Virus record (IMG/VR): IMGVR_UViG_3300033550_000003
Location: 1 to 63,604 of that record
Length of the DNA: 63,604 nucleotides
Direction: 5' to 3' (one strand)
DNA from: a virus
Taxonomy: Duplodnaviria > Caudoviricetes
This document shows, in pieces, positions 9,438 to 18,070 of this stretch (within the stretch, counting starts at the first letter, position 1; every line of letters starts with the position of its first letter). Made by a program: the position numbers and the translations under genes. The notes beneath the pieces were generated by a model, which saw only the letters and a list, made by a program, of their open reading frames with translations, did not search any database and was not told the origin of the DNA.

Positions 9438-9644
9438 GTGAGTATGACATTTCGAACTGGCGACATTGTGGAAATCACGAGCAATCCCGACAGCTATGCA
9501 TGGAAGGGTTTCCGATGCGAAGTTCTTCCTGCCTGGGATAACGATCTTTCGATTTACACTCGATTGCTTCCGTTGTCTGATCGACCTGATGGTTTCAAGA
9601 GGATTCAGTTTCTCTGGACGACAAAAAATCTTAGGAAGGTGTAA
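9438..9644 (+). CDS. small SH3/KOW-like protein (paralog 2)
   Basis: GDIV...W.G.RC.V...P...RPDG...FLW. Confidence 0.6.
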   Translation: MSMTFRTGDIVEITSNPDSYAWKGFRCEVLPAWDNDLSIYTRLLPLSDRPDGFKRIQFLWTTKNLRKV

Positions 9645-9859
9645 TGGGAAACGCTAAGATTTTCCGAGAAGATCAAGAAGTTTGCATTGCGCGAGGATTC
9701 GCCCTTGATCGAGGATGGGGTGGATACAAGTTTAAGGTAGTACAACGTAAACCTTATGATCCTGCTCATCAAACTCGAATTAAGCTCGTAACTCCTCGTG
9801 AAGGATACTCTCAAGAAGAATTCCTCATCAACACTGAGAACCTTGAAAGGTTCAGCTAG
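9644..9859 (+). CDS. small SH3/KOW-like protein (paralog 3)
   Basis: F...QEV...WGG..F.V...TR..L...REG...FL..NL. Confidence 0.6.
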   Translation: MGNAKIFREDQEVCIARGFALDRGWGGYKFKVVQRKPYDPAHQTRIKLVTPREGYSQEEFLINTENLERFS

Positions 9860-9873
9860 GTTCGCCTAGCCAT

Positions 9874-9948
9874 TCTCCCATGGTCTGCTGGCATGGCCAC
9901 CCGGACTTTGAATCCGTGGTTTCGTAGGTTCGATTCCTGCTGGGAGAG
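9874..9948 (+). tRNA. tRNA-Gln (anticodon TTG), CCA not encoded
   Basis: Acceptor TCTCCCA/TGGGAGA; anticodon arm CGGA-CTTTGAA-TCCG; T-arm GTAGG-TTCGATT-CCTGC. Confidence 0.88.
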
Positions 9949-9975
9949 CTTCAAAACAACAAACAAAGGAAGACC

Positions 9976-10212
9976 ATGCAGTTCCCTTTTAAGTTCAACA
10001 TCGTTGAGACTTTTGCAGAAGACTGCCGAGTTTCAGTCAAGTATGTTGACGAGAAGACTAACGAATTCATTCGAATCAACCACGATCTGGATGAGTTCGG
10101 AACGATTCTCAAGAACATTAAGGCTGCTCAGCGAGAGGCTAAGCGTCAGCTTCGTTTCAAGAAGAAGTTTGAGCGTTGGGAGAAGCGTCACACCGAAAAG
10201 AACCAGGACTAA
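9976..10212 (+). CDS. hypothetical protein
   Basis: RBS AAGGA; followed by hairpin AACCAGGAC-TAA-GTCCTGGTT and T-run. Confidence 0.7.
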   Translation: MQFPFKFNIVETFAEDCRVSVKYVDEKTNEFIRINHDLDEFGTILKNIKAAQREAKRQLRFKKKFERWEKRHTEKNQD

Positions 10213-10290
10213 GTCCTGGTTTGTTTGTTTTAACTCTAGACATCATTTAATTAACGGTGTACGATTGAAGTACACAAGAGAGGATTATAG

Positions 10291-10470
10291 ATGCCAAGGC
10301 CGAATGAAAATCTATTCACGAAGGATGATTTGAAACTGGAGGCAAGGCTGGTCCAGATTATCAAAAAGGCAAGGAGTAATCCAGGGCCCGGCACAGGAGA
10401 GATTGTTGATCGCGCACTTGATGACCTTTCAAATCTACACAATCTCATCAACAAACGATCAGGAAATTAA
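10291..10470 (+). CDS. hypothetical protein (59 aa)
   Basis: MPRPNENLFTKDDL...; RBS GAGG; TAATG coupling. Confidence 0.6.
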   Translation: MPRPNENLFTKDDLKLEARLVQIIKKARSNPGPGTGEIVDRALDDLSNLHNLINKRSGN

Positions 10471-10703
10471 TGGAAAGTAATTACAACATCACTACCAAAG
10501 CAGCAATCGTTGATAGCAACGAAGAAGCCCTAAGAAACATTTACGTAGCAGTAATGCTTGCTACCACTGTGCTTAAGAGCCAAACTGCTGCCTTGGGTTT
10601 GATTACAGAAGAAATCGTAGACGTTTTCAATATTCTTGATCAGACTCTTGAGTCTGTGAATATGTATCTTGAAAGGGTTGGCGTGTGGAACTTGAAGGAC
10701 TAG
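10470..10703 (+). CDS. hypothetical protein
   Basis: 77-aa ORF. Confidence 0.65.
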   Translation: MESNYNITTKAAIVDSNEEALRNIYVAVMLATTVLKSQTAALGLITEEIVDVFNILDQTLESVNMYLERVGVWNLKD

Positions 10704-10984
10704 CAAAAAATATCCATGATGTCTTTCTTCTAAAGCAGTACAAATGGAAGATCGATGGAGAACTCGTCGTGCCAACCTATGAAGACGTCTTTGACACAAT
10801 CGAAGAAGTTCTCAAAACCATGAGATTCAGTCCTGATGGTGCCAGGTTTGAAGTAGGTCGCTTGATCTTTCAAAAGACAAGTGATATGGTAGACATCTAT
10901 GTTTTGCAAGGCACTATTCAGTACAACTCAGAAGACGAAATGGATTCTGAGGAAAGCAATAATCAAGGAGATGCGAAGGAATGA
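10685..10984 (+). CDS. hypothetical protein
   Basis: 99-aa ORF. Confidence 0.6.
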   Translation: MELEGLAKNIHDVFLLKQYKWKIDGELVVPTYEDVFDTIEEVLKTMRFSPDGARFEVGRLIFQKTSDMVDIYVLQGTIQYNSEDEMDSEESNNQGDAKE

Positions 10985-11424
10985 TGGGCGAAACCGTAGT
11001 AACGTATGATGAGCAGCTTGATGTTGATTCAAGTGCATTTGAGACTGCTTTCTGGAATCGTCATGAGCGAATTCTTTACATGAAGTTCTGGAATGGCTCT
11101 GTAGTTTCTTACACCAGCTTTGGCAATCAGGATTGGGATCGATTCCAAAATGCCATGAGTAAGGGTGCTTACTACAACAGTCAGATTAAGACGAATTGGG
11201 CATTCAAGGGGAATCAGGTGACTACGCCTGTTTCTTTCCGAGGCCGTCCACCGATTACGGCCAACGATCTTAATAGCAATTCTGTTGAATTGAATCATTC
11301 AGCAGAGTCTCCAGTGAATATCACTGTGAATATCTTCTTCTCTGGAGATCCCGAGGCTATTGCAAAGGCTGTCGAGCGTCTTGCTCCCAGCATTAAGGCA
11401 ATCAACAAGTTCGGGAGGATCTAA
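10981..11424 (+). CDS. KTSC-domain protein
   Basis: VDSSAF...W......L.MKF.NG....Y......W..F..A.SKG.YYN..IK pattern. Confidence 0.7.
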   Translation: MMGETVVTYDEQLDVDSSAFETAFWNRHERILYMKFWNGSVVSYTSFGNQDWDRFQNAMSKGAYYNSQIKTNWAFKGNQVTTPVSFRGRPPITANDLNSNSVELNHSAESPVNITVNIFFSGDPEAIAKAVERLAPSIKAINKFGRI

Positions 11425-11425
11425 A

Positions 11426-11734
11426 ATTCTAGTAGAAGTAACCAATCAAAAAGATTTTGAGTCATACGTCAGTCGTAAGGCTCTGGTCGTATTCTCAGCT
11501 CCAAGCTGGTGTGCCCCCTGTAGGGCTCTAGGAAGGCAGCTAGACGTATTGAAGAATCGTCTGGCAGACAATCTCCCTATCGTCTATGTCGATATTGACA
11601 AGGCGCCAGAGATTCAGTCTGAGCACGCGATCATGTCAGTGCCTAAGGTCTACCTCTTTGAAGAAGGTAAGCCAGTTAAGGAAGTACTTAGTCGAACGGT
11701 ACTTCAAATCGAAACGGAACTAGCCAGCGAGTAA
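11426..11734 (+). CDS. trxA: thioredoxin (probable ATT start)
   Basis: WCAPC active site, VDID, cis-Pro SVP; GGGAGG RBS 7 nt before in-frame ATT. Confidence 0.85.
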   Translation: MLVEVTNQKDFESYVSRKALVVFSAPSWCAPCRALGRQLDVLKNRLADNLPIVYVDIDKAPEIQSEHAIMSVPKVYLFEEGKPVKEVLSRTVLQIETELASE

Positions 11735-11762
11735 TCGCTGGCTTTTGCCATATAGGAGATAA

Positions 11763-12254
11763 ATGAACATTACACCTACGAAGCCAATTACAAGCTTCAC
11801 TGGACCTCACTTCTATCTTAGTAACTTCTACGAGGCTCCTGTAAGGATTGGCAAATTCACATTCAAAAGCAATGAGGCTGCTTTTCAGGCGGCTAAATAT
11901 CAAGCAATGACTGGTGGAGAAAGAGACAAGTCTGATTATGTAGCAACAATTCTCATGGCGAATACTCCAAATGACACTAAGCAACTGGGCAAGAGGGTTG
12001 CCATCGATACCGTTGTGTGGGAGGCTATGAGGGTAAGACACATGAAGGAAATCGTCAGGGCAAAGTTTGATCAAAATCATGATCTTCGTGCCAAACTAAT
12101 GCAGACAGGCTCAGGAATCCTAGTCGAAGGTAATGATTGGGGAGATGTTTTCTGGGGCCGGTGCAATGGAAGAGGCATGAACATCCTTGGTGTAATCCTC
12201 ATGGAACTAAGAGGCTACTATTACTGGAAAGATATGGATTCGGTGGGATTCTGA
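11763..12254 (+). CDS. NADAR (YbiA-like) family protein
   Basis: LSNFY, SNEAAFQAAK, AKFDQN..LRAKLMQTG, LVEGNDWGDVFWG, G.N.LG..LME.R. Confidence 0.9.
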   Translation: MNITPTKPITSFTGPHFYLSNFYEAPVRIGKFTFKSNEAAFQAAKYQAMTGGERDKSDYVATILMANTPNDTKQLGKRVAIDTVVWEAMRVRHMKEIVRAKFDQNHDLRAKLMQTGSGILVEGNDWGDVFWGRCNGRGMNILGVILMELRGYYYWKDMDSVGF

Positions 12255-12436
12255 TGAAACCTTACAAACTTCACGTTGAATGGGTCAACGGAGTTATTGA
12301 TGAGTTCAATAACGTGAAAGAGTACAGAGTGATGGACGGCACTTTGCACATCTGGCACTTCACAGATGGACATCAAGGTGCTACTGTTATTCCACACCAC
12401 GCATACAAGATGGCTTGGCCAGAATTTATGGAGTAA
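12254..12436 (+). CDS. hypothetical protein
   Basis: TGATG coupling. Confidence 0.6.
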   Translation: MKPYKLHVEWVNGVIDEFNNVKEYRVMDGTLHIWHFTDGHQGATVIPHHAYKMAWPEFME

Positions 12437-12438
12437 TA

Positions 12439-12597
12439 ATGAATAAGGCAAGGATTCACTTTATAAATGGTGAATCTGTTGAAGTCGTATACAGCGAAAT
12501 TAAGCATAATCCAGAGAATGGTGCAATGTGCTTCTGTATGAGAGACGGAAGAACAATGAACATCAACTGGAACAACGTTCTTTATATCGAGAGGTGA
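12439..12597 (+). CDS. hypothetical protein
   Basis: RBS GGAG; 52 aa. Confidence 0.6.
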   Translation: MNKARIHFINGESVEVVYSEIKHNPENGAMCFCMRDGRTMNINWNNVLYIER

Positions 12598-12598
12598 C

Positions 12599-13090
12599 AT
12601 GAGTACACTAACCGACCTTGTAAACATGAGCAATGAGCGAGTTTCTGTCGAGTTTGCCAAGATTGTTGATGGCTATGTAAAGAGTCTCGTCTCTGAGCAT
12701 AACAACAAAGGAGTTCCCAAGAGGGGTTTCGTACCCTCTGTAAGGGTCGAAACAATTAAGCGAAAGAAGGGGCAGCTCATCCCTTCCGAAGCATTGATGG
12801 CAATTAGAGAGGCTATCTGGAAGCGCGGATGGGCACAAGGAGAGCTAATCACTCCTGAGGGCAAGATGTGCCTTCGAGGTGGCTTCGTTTACCTCTATCA
12901 GAAGGGATACTTTACTCTCGCTGATGGTTTGATTGCCATGCAGTATCTTCGAGACGAGATTCAAATCAAGAATGGTGACAGTCGAGACTGGAACTTTATC
13001 TACTGGAATAACGAGTCTCGCAGAACTCTTGCCGATGTTCTTCGTGCCCTTGAGAATTGTGCAAATCGAGCACGGCTGGCAGGTGAATGA
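12599..13090 (+). CDS. hypothetical protein (GW.QG...CL.G...WN....RT..DV motif family)
   Basis: RBS GAGG; motif common in actinophage small proteins. Confidence 0.7.
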   Translation: MSTLTDLVNMSNERVSVEFAKIVDGYVKSLVSEHNNKGVPKRGFVPSVRVETIKRKKGQLIPSEALMAIREAIWKRGWAQGELITPEGKMCLRGGFVYLYQKGYFTLADGLIAMQYLRDEIQIKNGDSRDWNFIYWNNESRRTLADVLRALENCANRARLAGE

Positions 13091-13317
13091 TGGCAGAAGA
13101 ATTCAATTATCCTTTCAGAGATGAAAGGGGAACATACTGGTATGACATGAGTGGATTTGCTGGTGAAGTTGGTCCATGCTTCATCTGCAATCGACTCGTA
13201 GACCGTATCGATATCGACTACGAGGGAAATTTCTGCAATTCAAAAGAATGTAATCAGTTCATTGAAGACGACCTCAATAGAATAAATGCAGCTATGGATA
13301 TTGACAAATCACAGTAA
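13087..13317 (+). CDS. hypothetical Cys-rich protein
   Basis: CFIC...FCNS.EC. Confidence 0.6.
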   Translation: MMAEEFNYPFRDERGTYWYDMSGFAGEVGPCFICNRLVDRIDIDYEGNFCNSKECNQFIEDDLNRINAAMDIDKSQ

Positions 13318-13335
13318 TATCCATAGCATGTGTAC

Positions 13336-13554
13336 ATGAGGTACGTAATACAAAAGGAATCCCTCAAACGAGGTCGTACCGTTGAAGCCGTAAATTATGC
13401 GATCAAGGACAATGTCACAGGAAAGATCGTCGCTAGATTCGGAGAAGACTTCAAGGCGCAGTTCATTGTGGATTCCTTGAACGACAGCAATGCCAGCAAT
13501 CGATATGAATTCGAAGAGCCCGGCACAGAGGGGATCACTGTTGACTCTCCTTGA
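13336..13554 (+). CDS. hypothetical protein (leaderless)
   Basis: TTGACA(13301)-N17-TAGCAT, then ATG 6 nt later. Confidence 0.65.
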   Translation: MRYVIQKESLKRGRTVEAVNYAIKDNVTGKIVARFGEDFKAQFIVDSLNDSNASNRYEFEEPGTEGITVDSP

Positions 13555-13804
13555 GAAACTAGCCTGGCACATTTTGGCCCGGCAAGAAAAGAAGTACCGT
13601 AAACAAAGTAAGTATCACCTAGCAGATCATATCCATGCAAGCATCTCAGTAAAGAATCAAAAGGGATGCCAGATGTGCTGTGTATTAGAAAACACAGACT
13701 GGGTAGCATGGGCAGTAAGATTTGACCCGGTGACAGCAGAGAGAGTCCGAACATTTGATCACGTTCATGAAGACAAAGAAGATGTAGTCTCTCTTTACCT
13801 ATAG
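13490..13804 (+). CDS. hypothetical protein (start uncertain)
   Basis: ORF ends just before terminator. Confidence 0.55.
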   Translation: MPAIDMNSKSPAQRGSLLTLLEKLAWHILARQEKKYRKQSKYHLADHIHASISVKNQKGCQMCCVLENTDWVAWAVRFDPVTAERVRTFDHVHEDKEDVVSLYL

Positions 13805-13806
13805 GA

Positions 13807-13838
13807 GGTAGGTCAGAAATGGCCTACCTCTTTACTTT
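13807..13838 (+). terminator. intrinsic terminator ending the left + strand block
   Basis: AGGTAGGTCA-GAAA-TGGCCTACCT followed by T-rich run. Confidence 0.75.
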
Positions 13839-13849
13839 TGGTCGAGTTT

Positions 13850-14965
13850 TTAGTTTCAAATGGATTTTTAGTCCGAATGCTTAGTCTGGAAGCTTAGTCA
13901 GACTGCGCACATTCGGCCCGGTGAGAAAAGTCCCCTCATCATCTATATATATAATCCCTATAGCATCTACTATACATACCTCTCTGGACCAAAAGAAGAA
14001 GAGAAAAGAGACAATCAATCATAGCCTTGAAGGTAGACAGAAGAGAAAAGCATGGGTGAATACGAAGAATCGTGTTAAAAGTTTCGGAAATGATTGTATT
14101 AGTACAAACATAGGTTGATACAAAGTGCTGAGTGTGTAATAATCAGACAATAAAAGCGCGCAAAAACTGTGCATTTCCTACAAAAAATAGCCAAAACGAG
14201 CCAAAACAGCCCGATTTTGCCCCGAAATCTACAAAAACTGCCAAGAATCTGTAGAGACCATACAGTCTGATAGTTCAAGGATGGTTTAGAGCCCACAATT
14301 CAAGCCCAGAATCTCAGCCCACACTCCCAGATTCAACAGTCATATCCTCAATTCAGCCCCAAACTGCCCAGAATCCTGCAAAATCTAGCATCCTTTCGTA
14401 AAGAGCCAAATTATAAAACCGCAGGTCAGATAAGGTTTCAACCCATGTTTGTATAAGCCCTACAACACAGAACTCTGTCCTTGAATTCGAATCAAGAGTG
14501 TCTTCTAGTATATATAGGGAGATGTCTTACTCTATATATAGGGGATTATGGATACTTCTTCTGCCGGGCAAAATAGCACATCGTAAAGCCTCCTTGAATA
14601 ATCAGGGAGGCTTCTTTGTTGTCTATATATAGGAGAAGAACCTAACAACAATCTCCCTCTATCATGCACACACCTAACTCAGTAGGCAGAATCACCCCTA
14701 GAAGCCACAGAATGGCCCCTCAGAGCTTTGAACTATATGATGTGGTGGAATTATGCAATGACATTCTTAAAAGGGCGTACAGGGCTTTGAAGATAGATTG
14801 ACAAGGATGATTGTGAGATTAAATATTCCCCGCAGTTTTCAAACCCTTTCGTAAAGGGGCCAAATTCAGACATTCAAAAGATGTCCGGAAATTTTAGGAA
14901 GCTTTCGTAAAGGGGGTTTTCTGTCCTGGTATGAGTGACTATATACGACATGTCCGATTTGTCGC
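13850..14965. repeat. non-coding region with short direct/inverted repeats (candidate origin, genome end or packaging region)
   Basis: TTAGTC x3 at 13-bp period (13868, 13881, 13894); CTTTCGTAAAG x3; CTATATATAG-like palindromes x3-4; GCC(C)A/A-tract repeats; no credible ORFs. Confidence 0.6.
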
Positions 14966-15002
14966 GCGCCGGGCGCAAAAAGGGCCCCGAAGGGCCCTTT
15001 TC
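14950..15002 (-). repeat. left boundary copy: ATGTCCGATTTGTC + GCGCCGGGCGCA + terminator hairpin
   Basis: Palindrome core at 14966-14976; AAAAAGGGCCC-CGAA-GGGCCCTTTT. Confidence 0.8.
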
Positions 15003-15098
15003 TTACTCGCTGAGATCGAACAGAGTAAGAATGATCAGGATCACTCCCACCAATCCGAAAATTTCACTGACTTCGCTGATAGTCTTCCAAATTTCCAC
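15003..15098 (-). CDS. 31-aa membrane peptide
   Basis: GTG with AAGGAG RBS; MEIWKTISEVSEIFGLVGVILIILTLFDLSE. Confidence 0.5.
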   Translation of the reverse strand: MEIWKTISEVSEIFGLVGVILIILTLFDLSE

Positions 15099-15106
15099 GA
15101 TGCTCC

Positions 15107-16108
15107 TTAGGCAGCGAGGGCGAAGCCCTTGACGATCTGGAGAATGCGGTTCTTCTCCTTGTTGATCACGTCGTTGAAGCCGGACGCGGCTTCGAACAGG
15201 TTGTCGACGTTACCGCTACGCGGCATCCGGTACCAGTCAATGCGCTCCGTGAACGCGTTGAGAGCACCGTACATCGTGCCCGTGGTGGACAGAGTGGTCT
15301 TCGGACCGTCACCCGTGTCCGTGAAGATCCCCATCAGGAGATCCCGCTTGTCGTCCCACTTCTTGAACGAACCCTTCACGTCCTTTTCGGGACGCTCACC
15401 CTCGATCATCGAGATCATCTTGTCGAAGGTGTCCTTCGTGCACACCGTCTGGTAAAGGTCGTTCATCTCCTTTTCCCAGACCTTCGAGTAGGCGAAGGAG
15501 AGGTTCAGCGCCTCACGCGCAGCCGCCATGCGACCCTCGATGGTCTGAGTGTGGCGCATCTTGAACTGCTGCTTCACACCGTTACGGAGTGCGAAGTTCA
15601 GCGTGTTCTGACACACGACACGGACCGGAGTGGTGGACGCCATGACAGCGGTAGAGCCGTCGTGAGAGGTGTTGACAAGAAGATAAAGCTTCGTCACATC
15701 CTCGTCACCGATGATGATGTCCTCACCGATGGAGAGGGAACCGAACACGACAGCTCCATCCCTGATAGAACCAGCGGTCTCCCAGGTTCCACCACCGGCC
15801 AGCACACCGTCACCGAACGAGAAAAGCTCCTCGTTCTGAACGACCTTGTAGCGCTCAGCCACGATGCCGAGGGCATCGAGTTCCCCATCGAAGGGGTTGG
15901 TACGAAGCACATCGAACTTCGGCTTCGTCGTGCGACCACCACGCTTGATCTCCTGGAGGTGGACGTTCCACCCCGAAAGGTAGGACAGTTCCAGCATCTC
16001 AGCGGTGGTCAGGTTGCCGTCAAAGACGGTACCGAGGTTGTGCCACGCGGGCTCCTTACGGGAAGCGAACGCGACCTGGCCACGGGTACCGATCTCAAGA
16101 CCGTGCAT
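15107..16108 (-). CDS. DUF932 / TIGR03299 phage-plasmid-like protein
   Basis: AFASRKEPAWHNLG, YKVVQNEELF, WETAGS, LLVNTSHDGS, TPVRVVCQNTL. Confidence 0.88.
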   Translation of the reverse strand: MHGLEIGTRGQVAFASRKEPAWHNLGTVFDGNLTTAEMLELSYLSGWNVHLQEIKRGGRTTKPKFDVLRTNPFDGELDALGIVAERYKVVQNEELFSFGDGVLAGGGTWETAGSIRDGAVVFGSLSIGEDIIIGDEDVTKLYLLVNTSHDGSTAVMASTTPVRVVCQNTLNFALRNGVKQQFKMRHTQTIEGRMAAAREALNLSFAYSKVWEKEMNDLYQTVCTKDTFDKMISMIEGERPEKDVKGSFKKWDDKRDLLMGIFTDTGDGPKTTLSTTGTMYGALNAFTERIDWYRMPRSGNVDNLFEAASGFNDVINKEKNRILQIVKGFALAA

Positions 16109-16195
16109 GACATACTCCTCTTGTGTTTGGGTGCTGATTTACACTGTGGAATTAGCAAGGTACGAGAGCCGGTTTCCCTGCCCTTCGATAACCTA

Positions 16196-16281
16196 AGTCT
16201 ACACGAGTCTGTCAGAGTTCTCAACAGATAGGTGTAGGGTGCACTTTGTGCGCCGGGCGCATTGGGCCCCGAAGGGCCCAA
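16196..16281 (-). promoter_or_regulatory. composite cassette element 1 (terminator + 13-bp IR + 17-bp IR + promoter)
   Basis: TTGAGA-N17-TAGACT; AGGTGTA-ggg-TGCACTT 16230-46; TGCGCCGGGCGCA 16249-61. Confidence 0.85.
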
Positions 16282-16285
16282 CTTG

Positions 16286-16738
16286 CTAGTTCTGGATGTC
16301 TCGGTAAGCCTGGTCCATCAGGGTCTTCGCCTGCGAAAGGGACAGACCGGACTTCGTGCGGAGAAGCTTGATTGCCGTGATCTTGTGCTGCGGGTGGTCC
16401 TTGGCGATCTTGACGGCGGCGATAGCCGCAATGGTCATCATCTTCCGCTCGATCTCCTCCAGACGCTCGATGGTGTAACCGTCCTCCTCGGAACGAGTCG
16501 CCTTGCCGTCGTTGTAGCCACGGCTGTACTCTTCGCTGTCGATCTTTCCGGCCGCGTAACCCTTGTCGTATCCGGCCAGCTTACCGGCGTCGAAGGAACG
16601 AGCCTCGACCTCACAGACACGGGCCGAGTGTGCCTCGAAGATGATCGTCGCGACACGGAAGGCGTTGCTGAGGGTCATCTTGACGTTGTTGGCGTTGAAG
16701 ATGCGGAGGATGCGCTCGATGGAGAACTCGTTCAGCAT
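16286..16738 (-). CDS. protein with GxxxG repeats and C-terminal ribosomal L7/L12-CTD-like domain
   Basis: GYDKGYAAGK..GYNDGK; KITAIKLLRTKSGLSLSQAKTLMD. Confidence 0.7.
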   Translation of the reverse strand: MLNEFSIERILRIFNANNVKMTLSNAFRVATIIFEAHSARVCEVEARSFDAGKLAGYDKGYAAGKIDSEEYSRGYNDGKATRSEEDGYTIERLEEIERKMMTIAAIAAVKIAKDHPQHKITAIKLLRTKSGLSLSQAKTLMDQAYRDIQN

Positions 16739-16783
16739 GACCGACTCCTTTTCTAGGGGAAGTTTTCCCCTTTCGATAGCTCC

Positions 16784-16869
16784 ACTCTACAGGAAGCAAG
16801 AGACAAGTACAAGACTACGTGTACTGAGCATCTTGTGCGCCGGGCGCATGCGCCCCCGAAGGGGCGCAC
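16784..16869 (-). promoter_or_regulatory. composite cassette element 2
   Basis: TTGTAC-N17-TAGAGT; ACGTGTA-ctg-AGCATCT; TGCGCCGGGCGCA 16836-48; hairpin. Confidence 0.85.
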
Positions 16870-16873
16870 TGTG

Positions 16874-17371
16874 TTACTCGGTCTCCGTGAATCCCTCACG
16901 CGACATCTTCTCGATGTATGCGTCCTCCTCGTCGATGATCTTGGACACCTTCTCCACCAGATTCTTGCTGTCGCGCAGACCCAGACCGGACAGGTCACGC
17001 ACCTCCCGGATGCACTGGATCTTCCTCTTCGCTCCGACGCGACGGACGATGTCCAGGGCCATCGGCTCGATGAACTCGATCATCTTCTGCTCGATGGTTC
17101 GGAGCCGAAGGATCTCGTACTTGTTTTCGGCGTTCGCCTGACGGATGCCCTTGTCCTTACCCTCCAGGAAGCCCCGGTTGTAGGAGTTCTCCTGAGCGGC
17201 GTAGTCAACGATCTTCTTTCCGTCATCGAATCCCGTGTTGTAGGACTCGGCCAACGCTTCCTCGATCTGGTACATGATGTCCCTGCCCAGGGCGAAAGCG
17301 AGCGACAGGCTGATCTCCACGCAGTGGTCCGCGAGGGAGGTGACGATGCTCTGGACCGTGATCTTCGACAT
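16874..17371 (-). CDS. paralog of 16286..16738 (L7/L12-CTD-like)
   Basis: YNTGFDDGK..YNRGFLEGKDKG; KIQCIREVRDLSGLGLRDSKNLVE; RBS GGAG. Confidence 0.72.
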   Translation of the reverse strand: MSKITVQSIVTSLADHCVEISLSLAFALGRDIMYQIEEALAESYNTGFDDGKKIVDYAAQENSYNRGFLEGKDKGIRQANAENKYEILRLRTIEQKMIEFIEPMALDIVRRVGAKRKIQCIREVRDLSGLGLRDSKNLVEKVSKIIDEEDAYIEKMSREGFTETE

Positions 17372-17415
17372 GATGACTCCAGTCTTAGAGAGAATTTCTC
17401 TCTTTCGATGTTCTA

Positions 17416-17531
17416 AGTCTACAGGCCACATGAGACAGTGACAAGAATAGATGCAGTGTGCACTTTGTGCGCCGGGCGCACGTCCTAAATGTCCGATTTG
17501 CCCGGAACATGAAAAAAGCCCCTTACGGGGC
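17416..17531 (-). promoter_or_regulatory. composite cassette element 3
   Basis: TTGTCA-N17-TAGACT; AGATGCA-gtg-TGCACTT; TGCGCCGGGCGCA 17468-80; ATGTCCGATTTG; hairpin. Confidence 0.85.
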
Positions 17532-17861
17532 CCTTCCCATCATCATGATGATTTGATCTATTGTGAATCGACTTGCTGCACTGAGATTGTATTCCTCGTC
17601 ATTCCTAGTAGAACACGCTGCATTCTTGTCTGCGAGAGCATTGAGAATCGCAATCGCAAGATCGAACATCGGCTTTGCATACACCACATTCTCAGAAAGC
17701 ATGAGATATGCGGCAGCGTCAGCATTGAATGAACGCTGGTCAAGAATGCTGAGAATCTTTGCAGCATCCTTTTCCAGGGGAGAACGTCGTGTAGAGGTTG
17801 TACGAGTTCCCTCATACATTCCAGGCGGGTGTACGTTGAAACTACGGAAGACGTCAGACAT
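17523..17861 (-). CDS. hypothetical protein
   Basis: RBS GGAGG before ATG 17861. Confidence 0.65.
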   Translation of the reverse strand: MSDVFRSFNVHPPGMYEGTRTTSTRRSPLEKDAAKILSILDQRSFNADAAAYLMLSENVVYAKPMFDLAIAILNALADKNAACSTRNDEEYNLSAASRFTIDQIIMMMGRAP

Positions 17862-17902
17862 GATCCTCCAATGAAAAGGGGGCCTTTCGGCCCCCAATCC
17901 AT

Positions 17903-18067
17903 CTACGCTTCGGGCTTGTAATCCGTGGAGCCGCTGTAACCGTCATCAACGATCACATGCATGCCCAGAATCTTGGATAGGAATTCCCCAGTGGCCTCAG
18001 CCATGGGAAGTGCCTGATCATGGTTCTCATCCGTGCCAGGAAGGATGACAATGCTGATCGGGTTCAT
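17903..18067 (-). CDS. hypothetical protein (54 aa)
   Basis: MNPISIVILPGTDEN...; followed by hairpin 17878-17895. Confidence 0.55.
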   Translation of the reverse strand: MNPISIVILPGTDENHDQALPMAEATGEFLSKILGMHVIVDDGYSGSTDYKPEA

Positions 18068-18070
18068 AGA

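Noticed and set aside
9953-10232. AACAAACAAA / TTTGTTTGTT complementarity flanking ORF 9976..10212
   Set aside because: Low-complexity; adequately explained by an A-rich leader and a terminator U-tail.
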